Source: Psammoneis japonica (taxonomy: Eukaryota). From it: a stretch of 64,000 nucleotides of DNA. The stretch spans positions 186,001-250,000 of the forward strand of contig QPGO01000005.1 of the NCBI GenBank assembly GCA_008632985.1. The letters run 5' to 3'. Positions 49,201-62,419 of this stretch are shown one piece after another; position 1 is the stretch's first letter, and each line of letters opens with the position of its first letter. Under the pieces are notes generated by a model. The model had not been told where the DNA came from. It made no database searches and saw only the letters and a program-made list of their open reading frames with translations. The translations under genes and the position numbers were made by a program.

Positions 49201-51807
49201 TTGGGAGGACTGCACGTTGGAAAAGTGACCTCCATCGAGGGCAGCGCAAGGAGCAAGAGACCGTGCTCAAGGGATCGTCTGTGGCCTCAAGATTGTCAAT
49301 GAAGAAAAAACCAACATTCAATGTGGTCATCAATTCTGTTCGTCTCACATCCTCTAGTCACCCTGATGCGTGCACATCGACGTGCTCAACAAGGCCAACT
49401 TCGAAGACAAGCTCGAGGATTCTGATTGGAGACTTGTTGTGCTGCTGAAGGAGGCATTCAACATTGTCTGGCCAGGTGATTCTTCACCTCAAAAAAAGGA
49501 CAAAGGGAGCTTGGTGCCATCAGACAAACAAGCTCACTGATCTAGAATGTTTCGTTCATCTCTGGAGAGCAATCTAGCCAGCTGCTTGAGAATTGCCATT
49601 CTTCTGTTGCTCCGCCAGTTTTGGCAGAACACGAACAATCCACAAAAAACACAAGGCAAACAGCGCCGAAACAGTCCAGCACATGCTGAATGTGTCTTGG
49701 AGCATCCCGCAACGAATGCCCCATCGTGGACCCAATCTGAAAAAAGAGAGCGGTGTGGCACAAAAACATAAACGACGGCATCAAAGGATGCAACAACATC
49801 GCAATGAGCACTGCGACCGTCATCGCAGTCTGTTGACTCACGTGCGGAACAACTTGAGCACAAACAGAGATTGCTGTGCTGCACTTTTAGTCTTTCTACA
49901 TCTGTTGTAAAAGTTCAAAGTGTGTTTCAAATGTTTGAAACACGCCAATGTCAAAAGTTGATGGAAATCGGTCGTGCAGGATGACGTTGCCTCAAGAGCA
50001 CCATCAAAAGATGGAGCTCAAGCTTTTGCGCATCTTCAGAGTGAAACATCACCCCAAAAAAATGCAAAAGGGGGGACGTGCTGTGGAGACAACAAGAAAA
50101 CTTGCGAGTCAACCGCATGCTAAATCAACACTCCCTGCGAGTGAAGACTTGCCGCATCATGTCACTGATGCGACGGAACCCCAAACCCCGCGTTCCGTCA
50201 ACGGTGTGATCTGCTTGGCGAGCTTTTGCTGCTTCGCAGACGAACGCTGCTGTCTGTTTCAACAGCCATGACCTGACGGGTCAAGCGAACAGGCAACTTC
50301 CTGCGGTCAAAGACACAGGAGTGACATGGACTCCAGGCCGGAGACACGCGCTCGATTTGCCCCGACCTCCGGACTTCTTAACTGGCGACACCCACGCCGC
50401 CTGGAGACAACACGTCATCAAGCAAATGAGTTGCATAACTGCCAAACAAGAGCAAGCTCTCAATCCAGAGGAAGGGCGAGCCATCCTTGGAGATTGCGGC
50501 ATTCTGGCTTGGCAAACAACAAACACATGGTGCGAGACGACAGCTGTGAGCGAAAACGAGCACGAAAGAACAAAAAGCGTTTTTGAAGAGATTTTGGTTG
50601 TGTCATGACCGTTGCCAAATTTCTCAATCACTGTCACTTTTGTGTATCCTCGCAGAATTGTCCCGTGGTTTCGTGTGTAGAACAGAGTTTAGATGGAACT
50701 TGTGCTTTCAAAATCAGTGCAGCACCAATTCCCACGCACCCTTCACGGCAGATGGAGAGTGCGTGATCCAAACGCTAAAAACTAAAAACTGCCACCGCCA
50801 ACATTGTGAAACAGGATGTTCAGGATGTGTGGATGACGCAACCTGCACATGGCACAATCAAAGTCGCTTGGAGCAATGATCAAGAGAAAAATGCAAAGTG
50901 CAGCCAATGTGAGGCAAGGCGAGCCTGCAAGTCCGTCAGGCTGCGCGAGTCGTCAAACATTCCAATTCCATTGCGGTTCGCCCGTACAAGAGCCTTTCTT
51001 CCTCTCTGTCACCGATTCGGATGCCCAAAGGCAACCAAGATTTCCGCATGTCTGATGGAAGCCCCTCAAACACACTCCGTGTGGGATTGTTGCTCCCCAG
51101 TTCAACGTCTCCCATGTACAGCAGATGATGTCACAGCACCCAAACGTATCATGACATGCTCATTGCGTACCCGGGGGTTTATTCGTGACACCGTGACACG
51201 AAACCGCAGGGTGCTTCTAGTGTCTTTAAAGGCCTGTGGCACGTGGATCCTTTGCGAGTGAACAGGAACTATGGCGCGTGCATTGTCGCCACGCTATTTG
51301 ACTTTGAGGAAGTTCGAGAAAAATCGACGTGACCCGCATCTTGAATCTGTCCCAGAGCATTTTCATTGAAGCTGCAGAGTCAGTCGTCGGCCGCAAGCAC
51401 GAGAGCTGGTTTGGAGGGAAGCGTTTCGCATCTCGGCTTCAACCAAGTGTTACAAAGCCAGCTTTGGCACACGTTGTGCGGAATAGCTGCCGCGAGGCAG
51501 GAATGCAGCGGAAGTTACGTTTTCCTTAGGAATGTTGTGACCTTCATCACTGTAAGGTTTCATGCTGATACTTTCGGGATCGGATCTTGTTTACAGATGA
51601 CACGTTCTGCATAGCGACGAAAGTGTAGCCGCCTTCACTGGTTCACGTTCAACACGGAAAAGAATGCGTCGAGAATCAAGCTCTGCAGTCCCTAGCTCAG
51701 TGTTTTTACTTAGCAATAAGGGGAGCCACGAGTTGCTCGAATGATGTACAGTCGCTCGCTTTGTTATAAAGGAGTGTTACAAAGAAACTCTATACAGTAG
51801 AGCTTTT

Positions 51808-53017
51808 TTAAAACCTATCTTTTGCTTTGCGTACCTTGGCAAACGCATCTGCGTCTGAATCTGCTTCCGTGACACCCACGTTTCTCCTAATTTCGTCGCT
51901 AATGTCTACACGCAGAAACGGATTGGTCCTTTTCTCGTCCTCCATCAAGCTTGGGACTGTTGGCTCCCCTCTAGCTCGTTGGGCCTTGATATGTTCAACT
52001 CGCGAAACCAGATCAGAATTCCCGGGTTCAACGCTCATTGCAAACTTGGCGTTGCTTTCCGTGTACTCGTGGGCGCTGCAATGAGGTGCGACGGAAAAGC
52101 GGCAAAGTTTCAGATTAAAAGGTTTGAATAGCCAACAGCGCTTGAAAGTGAATCTGGCACCAACCATACACCTTACCAATAGACAGATGTATCATCCGGA
52201 AGGCTACGCAGGCCCTGTAGACTTTTCCAAAACTGACTCGCAGTGCCCTCAAACATACGTCCACATCCCATCGCAAACAAGGAATCACCAACAAATACCG
52301 TCGCCTGCTCAGGAAAGTGGTATGCAATGTGACCAAGTGTATGCCCACCAACATCCATAACCGTGGCTTCCTCACCCCCAAAGGGAACCTTGTCACCATC
52401 CTTAAGAGCAATATCGATCCCTGGAATCTTTTCCTTCTCGTTGTCTGGACCAAAAACTTTCACTCCATCCGTCTTCATTTCAATATTTCCTCCAGTATGA
52501 TCCCAGTGGCTGGCAACAAAACACGCGTGAGAAAAGCCGGAACTGGAGAATGGAGAAACGAATCAAACTGGCAAGCACTTACTGGTGGGTATTGAAAATG
52601 TGAGTGAGCTTCCAGCCTCGCTGAAGCAAAAATTGTGAGATCAGCTACTTGAAATCAAAGTTTGCCTTCGCTATCCGCACTCACCTTTTTCAACTCGTTC
52701 TTGTATGCATCAGCATCAGGAGTGTCAACCGCAGCTGTTTCACCCGTCTTGGTTGAGTGAACGAGGTAACCATAGTTGTCGCTGAGACACGGAATTTGGG
52801 CAACCTCAAACGAGGACACTTCGTTGCTGTGACACGTCGCCATATTACGCACGGCAAAACGAGATGTACCTATTGTTGACAGAGACCACCTACTAAAGGC
52901 GTCCACGAACGTTCTAGTTGAGAATGAAAGCGAAATGATGGTGAGGAAGAGAAAGCACTTGAAGGGAGAAAGGGGTTCAGTGGAGCGATGAAAGAACGCC
53001 ATTGCCTTCATTCTCAT
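51808..53017 (-). CDS. HAGH: Hydroxyacylglutathione hydrolase (glyoxalase II) with N-terminal targeting peptide, multi-exon
   Basis: IPCLSDNYGYL, AAVDTPD, an intron-split THHHWDHTGGN, GGHTLGHIAY, FVGDSLFAMGCGRMFEG, AHEYTESN, EKRTNPFLR. Confidence 0.93.
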
Positions 53018-53943
53018 TGGAAGGCTGACGAGACTGACGACGCGCCGAAGCCGGTAGAATAGAGCTCGAATACCTCGAGCTCGACTTTCGTCGTCGAGTG
53101 AAAAGGAGCAACAACTCTACTCTAGACTCTAGAGAGAGAGAGAGAGGAGAGTATTAGATAGAGCTAGCTACTCTCTAGTAGCTAGAGCTAAGGTACTCTA
53201 GAGTAGAATAGTTCCTACTCTACAGCACTAGAAAAGAGAAACCTAGACCAAAACCAACCACTGCAACAAGCAGCTTGGAAAGCGACACCAGTTCAATTTC
53301 TTGTGAAGAACAAAGGCGCCGATTCTCGTGGGTCATTGGACCTCCCGACGCCAGTGTATCTGGGAAACCGCACCTTTGAAAGAGACGCCATGGTACCCTA
53401 GAGTGGTCATATTTGTTGTGTATACTCTCTCTACTAGATACATTAGCCTGTAGTATCTGTGTTTTCACACTTGCCCCTCACAACATCCATCGAGAGGAAA
53501 CAACGAATGCCAACGATTGCTGGGCCCCCCCTTTATGTTAGACTGGTTAAGGCGAGACCGGGCGTTTCTGGAAAGACCATAAACTCCGCGCATTTTTCCT
53601 TTTCGTGGCAGTTTTTGTTCCTTTGCGACATGACAACAGCCAACCTTCATGATTCCAAACTGACTCTAGAGGTCATGCTGTACGTGGCTTCTTCACACAC
53701 TCTTCAGCGTGTTCTCGCGTTTGCCCGTTTCCGCTGCTTCTTCTTTGCTCTGTCGGACTTGCAGCTAGCGAGGGTGCCAAACAACGGATTGGTAGTAGTA
53801 TGTAGGGAGAGGATATTGACTCTTAAGACGATGGACTACTTCATTTAATACAACCAGTACTATGAGTCATAGTGCAACGTGTCTATAGTGTTGCACTTCT
53901 GATATGAACTTTGGATGATAAAAGGTCTGCCGACAAAGCAAAC

Positions 53944-55695
53944 TCACGGCAGCTCCTCGAATGATCTCTTGGGAGCAACGTCCTCAATAAACGTTTTTGA
54001 GTAGCTCGTACTCGATTGTCCTTCTAAATTTTCGCCGCTCTCCCAGCTAGGCTTGAGTAGTCCCTTTGGGCCGGCACCTCGAACTCGCTCCTTTCCAAGC
54101 TTTTCGAACTTATGCTTTCTCAGTTGAACTTTGGATAAGACAGAAACAGAGCTGCCGTTCTTCTCGCTCCTCTTGACAAGCTTTTGCCGCGCGGCCTGGA
54201 ATCCAAATGATTCTTCCTCCTTATCATCATCACGGTGAGCTCCTTCCTTCAGTAGGGAGCGAACGAGGGTTTGAGTGTGTTCCAAGACGTCATTGGATTT
54301 GTCAACTTGCTCTGTCATCCCCCCACCGGTACCAAACTGTTCACGTTCCTTGCGAGAGAGTGCAAGGTTCACACGGCCGCGGTTTCGACCTACAACGCGA
54401 TTGTCCCTCAAATCTTTCTGAGCGTCTCCCTGCTTCATCTCGTTGGACACCAGAGGAAGAGCCGATCTTTGCACTTTGTCATCAACTGATGGATTGGAAT
54501 TTTCGCTGCTGTTCCTCTCTGCGAAACTTGTCGTGCCCTTTTCGGGGCGGGACTGATCAATGTCTTCACTCGACTGAATTGGATTCGAGGACGAGATTTC
54601 ATCGCGTGTTGCAATACTCTCGTCTCTCGACTGATCTAAGGCACTGTCCTTCTCAGCTTTGGTAGATGCTTGGGAACGAGCGGTCTTCGAAGCCTTGTCA
54701 GTAAGAGAATGTTTGGAGTTTTCGTTGTTGTCCATTTTAGCGAAAGCGCTTTGAAGCCACTTTTTCTTGTCGGAAACGCTCATTACAGAGCTCATTACAG
54801 ATATATCACTCTTCTCCTCAGCAGACCGGGGCTGTTTCTGGAAGGCACTCTGCAGCCATTTCTTCTTATCCTCGACACTTGGTGTTGTTCCATAGTCGCC
54901 ACCCCCTGCCTCGCTTCCGCCGTCATTTTGGCACTGGATGGCCCGCTTCTTCTCGGTGACGCTTCCCTTCTTAATGGCATTCTCTTCAATGATTATGTCC
55001 GTCATAGTATCCTTTTCAAATGCCCGTGACTTTGTAATCACATTGATTCCTTTACGTACATGAGTGACCTTCTTTGCAGATGTGGGATCATCAGCGAGCC
55101 ACGCAGAGAGTTTCTGAACAGACGCGTATCCGTCATTCGTTGCTTCGACATCCGTTTGCTTGAACCGAGGCTTGAAGCGAACTGGAGTCCTGGCCGGACC
55201 CTGCGTTGAGTCATGGGTGCTAGTTAGATTCTTGACAACCACCATCGCTGTCTGCTGAGTAGAGCTAGCTGCCTTGGGCCTGTGCGGTTTGGAAAGAGAT
55301 ATTCCTTGAGGTTGCTTTCCGATGCTATTGGTTTTATCAAAATGGGCTTTGTTCTGCTCGCCAAAATCGTTCAGCCATCCACGCATCTGCGAGACAGACA
55401 CAACCGAGGAAGCAGCGCAGCTATTGACCTCTGAACCGACCTCAGTTTTTGAGACATGCGAACGCTCCTCACGAACTTGTTTCCAACTCTGGTAATCAGT
55501 CGCACCACAGTCACTTCGATTGTCGTTACATGAACTCTTAAGTGGCGTAGCGATCCTACTGCGTTTGCTGAATCTTTCCTTGGCAGAGGCAACCGCATCA
55601 TGTCCGTTATGAGAGTTTTCATTGCTGAAGAGTGCCTTTGTTGGTGTAGAATATATGATCTCGGACCTCGCCGATGACATTGAAGTATGAACCAT
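53944..55695 (-). CDS. Hypothetical low-complexity protein with repeated SV..(K/L)..WL motifs
   Basis: Intact 583-aa ORF; motifs SVSQMRGWL, SVQKLSAWL, SVEDKKKWLQSAF, SVSDKKKWLQSAF. Confidence 0.75.
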   Translation of the reverse strand: MVHTSMSSARSEIIYSTPTKALFSNENSHNGHDAVASAKERFSKRSRIATPLKSSCNDNRSDCGATDYQSWKQVREERSHVSKTEVGSEVNSCAASSVVSVSQMRGWLNDFGEQNKAHFDKTNSIGKQPQGISLSKPHRPKAASSTQQTAMVVVKNLTSTHDSTQGPARTPVRFKPRFKQTDVEATNDGYASVQKLSAWLADDPTSAKKVTHVRKGINVITKSRAFEKDTMTDIIIEENAIKKGSVTEKKRAIQCQNDGGSEAGGGDYGTTPSVEDKKKWLQSAFQKQPRSAEEKSDISVMSSVMSVSDKKKWLQSAFAKMDNNENSKHSLTDKASKTARSQASTKAEKDSALDQSRDESIATRDEISSSNPIQSSEDIDQSRPEKGTTSFAERNSSENSNPSVDDKVQRSALPLVSNEMKQGDAQKDLRDNRVVGRNRGRVNLALSRKEREQFGTGGGMTEQVDKSNDVLEHTQTLVRSLLKEGAHRDDDKEEESFGFQAARQKLVKRSEKNGSSVSVLSKVQLRKHKFEKLGKERVRGAGPKGLLKPSWESGENLEGQSSTSYSKTFIEDVAPKRSFEELP

Positions 55696-56835
55696 CGCTC
55701 GCGACGAAGCTACTCAGCTGTCCAATGAGAGCGATCAATGAAACGCTACGAAATAACGACGAGTTAGAATGAGTCAAGTTTGTGCGAAAAGACAAGAGCT
55801 GCGTTGTTCTTGCCGACCGACGACTCTTCTTGTTTGCAATCACACCGAGGGAATGATTGTGATGATGCCCTTTCTGATACAACGTACCGAATGTAGGTTT
55901 TTGCAAAATCTGAATTGTCTATTGTCTTGATTGGCGGGGTTTTGGCGGCGAGCGTTGTCAGTTGTCAAGGGATGGTCACTCTTGCTGTGGGCGATTTGTG
56001 AGGAGTTGGAGTTGTCGCGTTGTTTCGCACACAAAAAAGTGACCGTTGTTTCTTCGGCCAACTTCGGCATTATCGCTATTTTGTCTTGTGTACGTAGAAG
56101 TGGTACTATTCGTGCGTGGGAATGACATCCTATCTTAATATATGTATGAAATATTCATTATACAACATTATTTCCTAATATATTCATTTCAGGCGGTGTG
56201 TGCTTCGCCGCTTTTTCCCGAATAGGCGGGAGAAACTTCTTTGCCATTTTTTAGACTCGACTCTTTAGCTACTACTCTAGAGCTAGAGTAGGCCCTACTC
56301 TCTACTACTAGCTAGAGTAGCTAGTTCCTATTCCAATTCTATTCGCCAAGGAAAAATAAGGAAAGAATGCCACGGGTTTGCTGCTCGGGTTATGTTCGGA
56401 GTAGCTACCCTACGGTAGGCCAACAGTTTCTTCTCGCCATTCATTGCGGCCTCCTTGTAGTGAAAATCGGGAAAAGTTCAACTAAGCAACTACAAACTTT
56501 TGAGAGACTGGAGATTGAATTTGTTTGTCGTATAAAACTATGATATTCAAATTGATCAGCTCAAGAGAAAGTCAAAGTAACAGAGGTTTCGACACTCCGT
56601 TTGGTAGCCGTCCAGTTCGTTGGAACACTAGTGAGGAAGCGTGTACTCGCAAGTAACGTTTTAGTATACTGTAGTTTTCTACGCTGATACCTTAGGGAGT
56701 ATTTGAATAGTCAATGATAAGGCTATCTCCGAGCCACTCCAAGCGACTTCCGGCGAAATCAAGGCGCTTCTCAACAGACAGGAGCGAGGGAGATACACTA
56801 AAATGCGGAAGCTTCCGAGAACCCGAATAGTAGCT

Positions 56836-57873
56836 CTACGAGATGGCGGGACAATCTGGACTGACAATAGCGGGTTGCGCTTCTTCGTCTTCTCCATTGT
56901 CGTTCATCAGCAGTTGATGAAAAATGTCTTGTTGGGAAATGAGGAGGCTTTGAAAACTCGGGCGCTCGGGAAATGTTTCCTCAAACTCCTCAGACGCTGC
57001 ATCAGCGACCTCCTCTCCGAGAAGAGCATCGTCTGCAGCCTCTTGTATGCGTACGCCGCCGAGTTGAAGACGCAAGGACTGCGCAACCATGCTTCTGGCG
57101 AACTTGTTCTCCACTTGGATGTATGAATTTGAGCCCGGATGGTACCGAAGGAAGCGCCCGCCACACTTCTGAACAATTGTGACAATCTTTTTCAAAATAC
57201 GTGTCTTGTCGGCTCTCACAGTGCACCTTTCGTAGTGTCCACGATAAAGATTAACAACGAAACCAAGTCGCCGATTACCTTCATGATCTTGGATCTTCTT
57301 GCTTCGTCCACAGAGAACGTCGACGCTCGTGGGTTCGAGAATCGTGTCTTCCGCGCCGGGGTGAGATACGATGGGTGCCGTCATGGTGGATTCACTATGA
57401 GAAGCAATGCCTGAGTTGATCGACGGCAAAGTCACACCCGCCGTGTTGTTCTCGACCTCCTCACGTCGTTCGGGCGTTGCGTCGGCGACCTTGGTCTTGG
57501 CAACAGCGTTGACTGTAGGACGACTCGCATCGTCTGATACGTCGTCGGGTTGAAACCGGAGCGAGTGAGAGACCTTGTCTCTGGCCACTGCGTTGTCCAC
57601 TTGAATATATGCTTTTGAGGCTTGATCGTACCGAAGAAAACGTCCGCCAGACGCTTGGATGGTTGTAACTATGAGTTGCGAGAGACGCGTCTTGTGTGTC
57701 CTCGAATCGTAGCTTTTGTAGTGCTCTCGATATTGACCAACGAGGAAACGAAACCGACGATTGCCCTCATGACTCTGAATCTTTCTTCCACGTCCAAAAA
57801 GCACATCCACGCTTGTGGGCTCGTGTATCACGTCTTCTGTTGTCATGCGGTTCGGCTTGCTGGATTTCGGCAT
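56836..57873 (-). CDS. Protein with two DUF6824-type domains
   Basis: Two copies of DVL(F/C)GR....HEGNRR...V..YR.HY...KT.....IV...GGRFL...Y.QV...AR..V...LR, a family expanded in diatoms; start uncertain. Confidence 0.8.
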   Translation of the reverse strand: MPKSSKPNRMTTEDVIHEPTSVDVLFGRGRKIQSHEGNRRFRFLVGQYREHYKSYDSRTHKTRLSQLIVTTIQASGGRFLRYDQASKAYIQVDNAVARDKVSHSLRFQPDDVSDDASRPTVNAVAKTKVADATPERREEVENNTAGVTLPSINSGIASHSESTMTAPIVSHPGAEDTILEPTSVDVLCGRSKKIQDHEGNRRLGFVVNLYRGHYERCTVRADKTRILKKIVTIVQKCGGRFLRYHPGSNSYIQVENKFARSMVAQSLRLQLGGVRIQEAADDALLGEEVADAASEEFEETFPERPSFQSLLISQQDIFHQLLMNDNGEDEEAQPAIVSPDCPAIS

Positions 57874-58160
57874 GGCGTCGTCGTTGCTGGTGTAACAAGT
57901 AAAGAAGGAGTCGGTGATAGCCAAAGCAGTAGTCACAGTGTCGCTGCTGAAACAGACTGAGTCGGGTAATGCCGTTGATTTTATTTGAATCGCCTCGTTT
58001 CATAGAAGGAATAATTTGTCCAACTATGACTCATCGAAAAATTTAGCCGCGATGGAAAATTCAAATTCCAATTCGAGTGGAAGCCTGCACTAAAAAAGAT
58101 GTCAGACAACGTCAAACACTGAATTAAAAAGCACAACAGACAATCCGTCAAATCGTACTA

Positions 58161-59031
58161 TTACACCAAGGATTGTAGGACAGTGCTCTTGGCTGCCTTG
58201 TCTTGCTTGGTTCCGTGTTCGTCGAGTGTCTTTGTTTGGCGCGCCAATGGAAATGCGCTCTTTTCTTTGGCTTCTCCGCGCTTTCGCTTGCGTGCTTCAA
58301 TCTTGTCCAGCTTCTTGCCCGTCTCCACCAATTGTGTGTATGCCGCATTCTCGCGTTTAGCCTGCATCATTTCGACTCGTAGCTTTTGTTCGCGGACTCG
58401 CCGTTCGTATGCAACCTTTTCGGTTAAATGCGACCATTGGAACTTTGATAAATATTTGAGGTTCCACAAATCACCTAGATAAAAAAGAAAAACAGTACAG
58501 TATTAGATCTCGCTTCGATTTGCACCACAAATCACTAAACATTCATGCGCACTTACCGTAATGAACGTTGCGCTTGTGATTTGAAATTGGGGTATTGTTG
58601 AGTGCCTGCGCTACGCGTTTTGCTACTTTCTTGTCTTCAAATTCTACCCATCCTTCCACGTATCGTTTTCCTCCCGATCCACCAAACTCCTTTTTGCGTC
58701 GTTTTCGCACCGTCTTGTCTTCCTCCACCAAGTACACGCGTGTCACTTCTCCAAAGTCTTGCAGCAACGACTTGAGTTTGCTCGGATTCATGCGCGGCGG
58801 TACTCGTGCAACGTAGACAATACCACGTTTCCGGAGTTTGGCATTGAAGTCTTCCGTCACCGCCATGGACAACTTGTGAACCTTTTTCTTCTTTTTTTTT
58901 GGTGCCTCGACAGACTCGTCGTCCGAAACAGCGGCATGATTGAGAGTGTCATCTGCTTGAGAGTTCTCCGATTCTGAAATTTCCTCGTTCTCATCTTTTT
59001 TCGACTGACTGTCGAATTCTCCCTTTGTCAT
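58161..59031 (-). CDS. ESF2: Pre-rRNA-processing protein Esf2/ABT1
   Basis: [60 protein letters not shown]; one intron ~58475-58555. Confidence 0.92.
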
Positions 59032-59379
59032 GGTGAAAATCTCCTTGTCTTGGGGTTTAGGGATTGCAATCAACACATGCGTTGCTTGGTGATGGATGGA
59101 GTTTGAGCGAAATCGACAAAATGTGAGCGCTGAGTGGAGGGGAGAGCATGGAATACGGAATCCTATTAATTGAAAAATGGAATCTACCGCGTACCGCGTG
59201 GCACGGAGTTTTTCTGGGAATCACGTTGCGAGGGCGTCATTTCGCATCGCGTGGTGACTGGGGTCAACGGGTTTCACCGCTGTTCGCCGTGGTTCAGCAG
59301 TGTTTGATAATACTTTCCACGTTGGCAATCGCTTTGATATATTCTGTATCACCAGCTTATTGCGTCTTGAATCACCAAA

Positions 59380-60924
59380 ATGGAGGTAAGTCAATTCAGC
59401 CGGCATACAGTCACTTGTTGCATGCCTCGTGCTCGTGTTCTGTGCTGTTTGCTGCAGCAACATTCCGTTTTGAAGCGGACTGTCTGTACGGCGGCCACGT
59501 TGTGCGAGGAGTTTTCTTTGTAGAGTCGTCTTCCTAACACCATGTGTCATTTGACCGCTGCTCTGCGTTCTCAGGTTAACAAGGGAGAAGCAGAACGATG
59601 CCGAGACATGGGGGCAGAGGCGTTAAGGTCGGGAAATTATCCGCGAGCCGTGAAGCTGTTTGATAAGTCACTGAAATTGTATCCGCTTCCCGGAGTGGAA
59701 GCTCTAAAGGGGCAGGCTGAGAGAAAAATGCGAGAAGCTCCCGCTTCATCCGCGTCACAAAGCAGCAGTACTGGTAGCGGTAGTGGAGCTAGTAGTAGCA
59801 GGCAGCAACCGAGCGCTGCAGTAGTAGCACTCCATCGATGCCCAGAAGTAGTTCGATGGGATCAGATGGGCGGTCTTTTACGGACGAACAAGTCAAGATT
59901 GTCAAGGAGGTTTTAAGGGCAAAGGAGGGAGGTCGTGGAGCACACTATCGCGTCTTGGGAGTGGAGCCGAATGCGACAGAGAACGACTTGAAAAAGTCAT
60001 ACAGGTGAGCGTGCACTTCGTTGGTTGTTGGTGAAGCTATTGTTTTCTTATCTAACTTCATCCGCGTTTGTTTCCGACTGTCACGTGCTCAGAAAACTTG
60101 CGTTAAAGCTTCATCCAGACAAGAACTCTGCACCGCATGCGGACGAAGCCTTCAAGGCTGTCGGGCTAGCATATGCTACATTGTCAGATACACAGAAAAG
60201 GGCCATTTACGATCGCTATGGAGAAGAGGACCCCGACAATCGGGGTGGCAGTGCTCGTGGCGGTGGTGTGCATTTTCGCGGTGGACAGGAAGTTAGTCCA
60301 GAGGAAATATTCAACATGTTTTTTGGTGGTGGTATGGGAGGGATGCGTGCAGGTCCTGGTGGATTTGTCTACACAACGAATGGAGGCTTTACTCGCTTTC
60401 CTCAAGGAGCACAGTTTCGACAGCGAGCCAGAGCGCAGCAACAGGCACGAGAAGAAGAAATCCCTACCGGACTGGGTCAGTTTATACAGTTTTTGCCTTT
60501 GATTTTTATCATGCTATTGAGCTTTTTTAATTTTAGTGGCGACGGGAGCTCAGCGGGTGAAAATAAGTACTTCAGCTTGACACGGACGGCTCCCTTTGTC
60601 AATCCATTGACAACAAGGCTTACACCCGTCAAGGATATTCCCTATTTTGTCACGGACAAGTTTATGCGCTCCTATTACAGAGATCGATACCAGCTGGCTC
60701 AAGTGGAACGCATGGTGGAGAAATCATATGAGAACTATTTGATAAGAGAATGCAAGAACCAGAGGCTGTACAAGAAACAGTTACTCGAGATAGCCAGCAA
60801 GGAGACAAGCGGTATGACGAGTGAAGATCGAGACCGACAGCTGAAGAATGCACAAGAGTTTGAGTTGACGAGATGTACTGAGCTTCGCAATCTGTTTCCG
60901 ACAAAGCCAAGCCATCGGCGGTAG
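59380..60924 (+). CDS. DNAJB12: DNAJB12/14-like ER membrane J-protein (J domain, G/F region, TM, DUF1977)
   Basis: 6-nt first exon ATGGAG/gtaagt, then [72 protein letters not shown]...C. Confidence 0.88.
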
Positions 60925-60975
60925 ACTATGATGATTTAGACTTTTTTTCTAATTGATTCTCATTCATAACCTATC

Positions 60976-62255
60976 TTAGACTCCCAAACTAAGCGTTTCG
61001 CCAAACGATGTGTCTTCAGCCTGCAGTTGAACGACTTGTATTGTGAAGAAGGAACGGCACGTCCAGACAAGAACACGTGGTATCAGCAAGCATGACATGA
61101 TTCCAACCAGAATCCACGAGGCTTCCTCAATTCCATGAACAATGACTTCTCCAAAATCTTGCATGAGAGAATCGCTGACGAAAATTAAGCGGCAGGCAAT
61201 TCCAATCTAAGAATAGCATTTTGAAGAAAGCGGCATTGGTGAGCAACAGGCGCGTAGTCAACTATCAAAAAAGCATGTGTATCATCAGATGCGTACAACG
61301 AATAACTTACAGTTGCCCATATGATGACAATTGGAACCACAAAGTCGGGTGTTCTCGAGTAATTAAAGTTGGTGAGAAAGAAGAGCGCCACGGAAAACAT
61401 GACTGCCAATGAACAGATGTTGGAGGCTAACTGCGTCGCTAAACCTGAATCCCTTGCTCGAAAGAGCAGCGAGAAGTGAACAGCCGTCATGGCAGACATC
61501 CAACCAAAGTGTAAAGCAAAAGGAAATCGGAACAACCAATACTCAATCTTGTCGAAGTGTTGTACTGGCTGCTGCTGTCCTATTGACTGCTGCGCCGACA
61601 TTCCGTTCCGGTGCTGCGATACCAAGAGACACGCCAAGGAGACTGTGGCAAAGAATACCGTCACAAAGGAAACAATCAATAGCCGAAAGGCAAAGAAGAA
61701 GGTCCACGCCGTTTGTATCAGGCACGTGTAGAAAAAGAAGTATCCCGTCCCATTCTGAATCATGGGTCGTGCCCGAAAGTCCGGCAACAGCTGGGCTAAA
61801 GCAAAAATGGCTTCAAAGACCAAAATGGGCAACCATATCCAATAAGACCACTCGGCGGGCGTCACTAATGTTTCATAGTCCTGACTTATCTGCCATCTCG
61901 TTGCCAATTTACCATCTAAGCCCCACACACCGATTCCCCACGACACAAACAAGTGCGCCAGAAACGTAAGGCCGTTGACGTAGTTCAGTTGATTCAACGG
62001 CGGTGCCTGCGACGAATAGAGTAATAAAGGTTCCGTTTTTTCACTATCATCCTGATCGTCATTAAGACCCATGGATGCCGGGGCAATCTTGTCTTCTTCT
62101 AGATATATTGGCGACGTAGACGAAGCTGACGGCAAACGTCTTCTCGAAGAAAATGCCGACGCCGACGACTCTTCTGGGTATCGAATCGGAGTTAACGCGT
62201 CCTGATCCAAAAGCATGTAGCCATGTGACATGTCAACTGGCGTCTCTTCCACCAT
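60976..62255 (-). CDS. Multi-pass membrane protein (TspO-like Trp-rich family, tentative)
   Basis: Several hydrophobic helices, LVTPAEWSYWIW, FRFPFALHFGW. An intron after WAT links ORF 61185..62255 to the 60976..61164 frame. Confidence 0.7.
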
Positions 62256-62419
62256 GACTGCTGATTCTGATGTTGAGTCTTGCGCAATGCAGTTGTTCTA
62301 TTGCATCGTTTGACACAGGTAAGATTTCTTTGTCGTTGCCGTTTGCCGTTCCATCCTCGCTGCTCGCTGCGCTCTGGAATCTCCTCTTGTCAGCTTGTCA
62401 GTGTACCGTATCGTCATTG

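Larger units (their letters stand above)
47350..51100. other. TpA-depleted mosaic of decayed gene fragments
   Basis: TpA is strongly reduced (survivors mostly TTAA/CTAG/TTAG/CTAA) while CpG is largely kept. Contains kinase-like, glycerol kinase and unidentified protein-like fragments in both orientations. Confidence 0.7.

Noticed and set aside
263..60924. Frameshifts in many conserved genes (NAR1, KAS, SAMHD1-like, DNAJB12, WW-repeat) read as pseudogenisation or programmed frameshifting
   Set aside because: Those I examined are single-base losses, often in short homopolymers, within otherwise intact genes; long-read assembly error is the simplest explanation.
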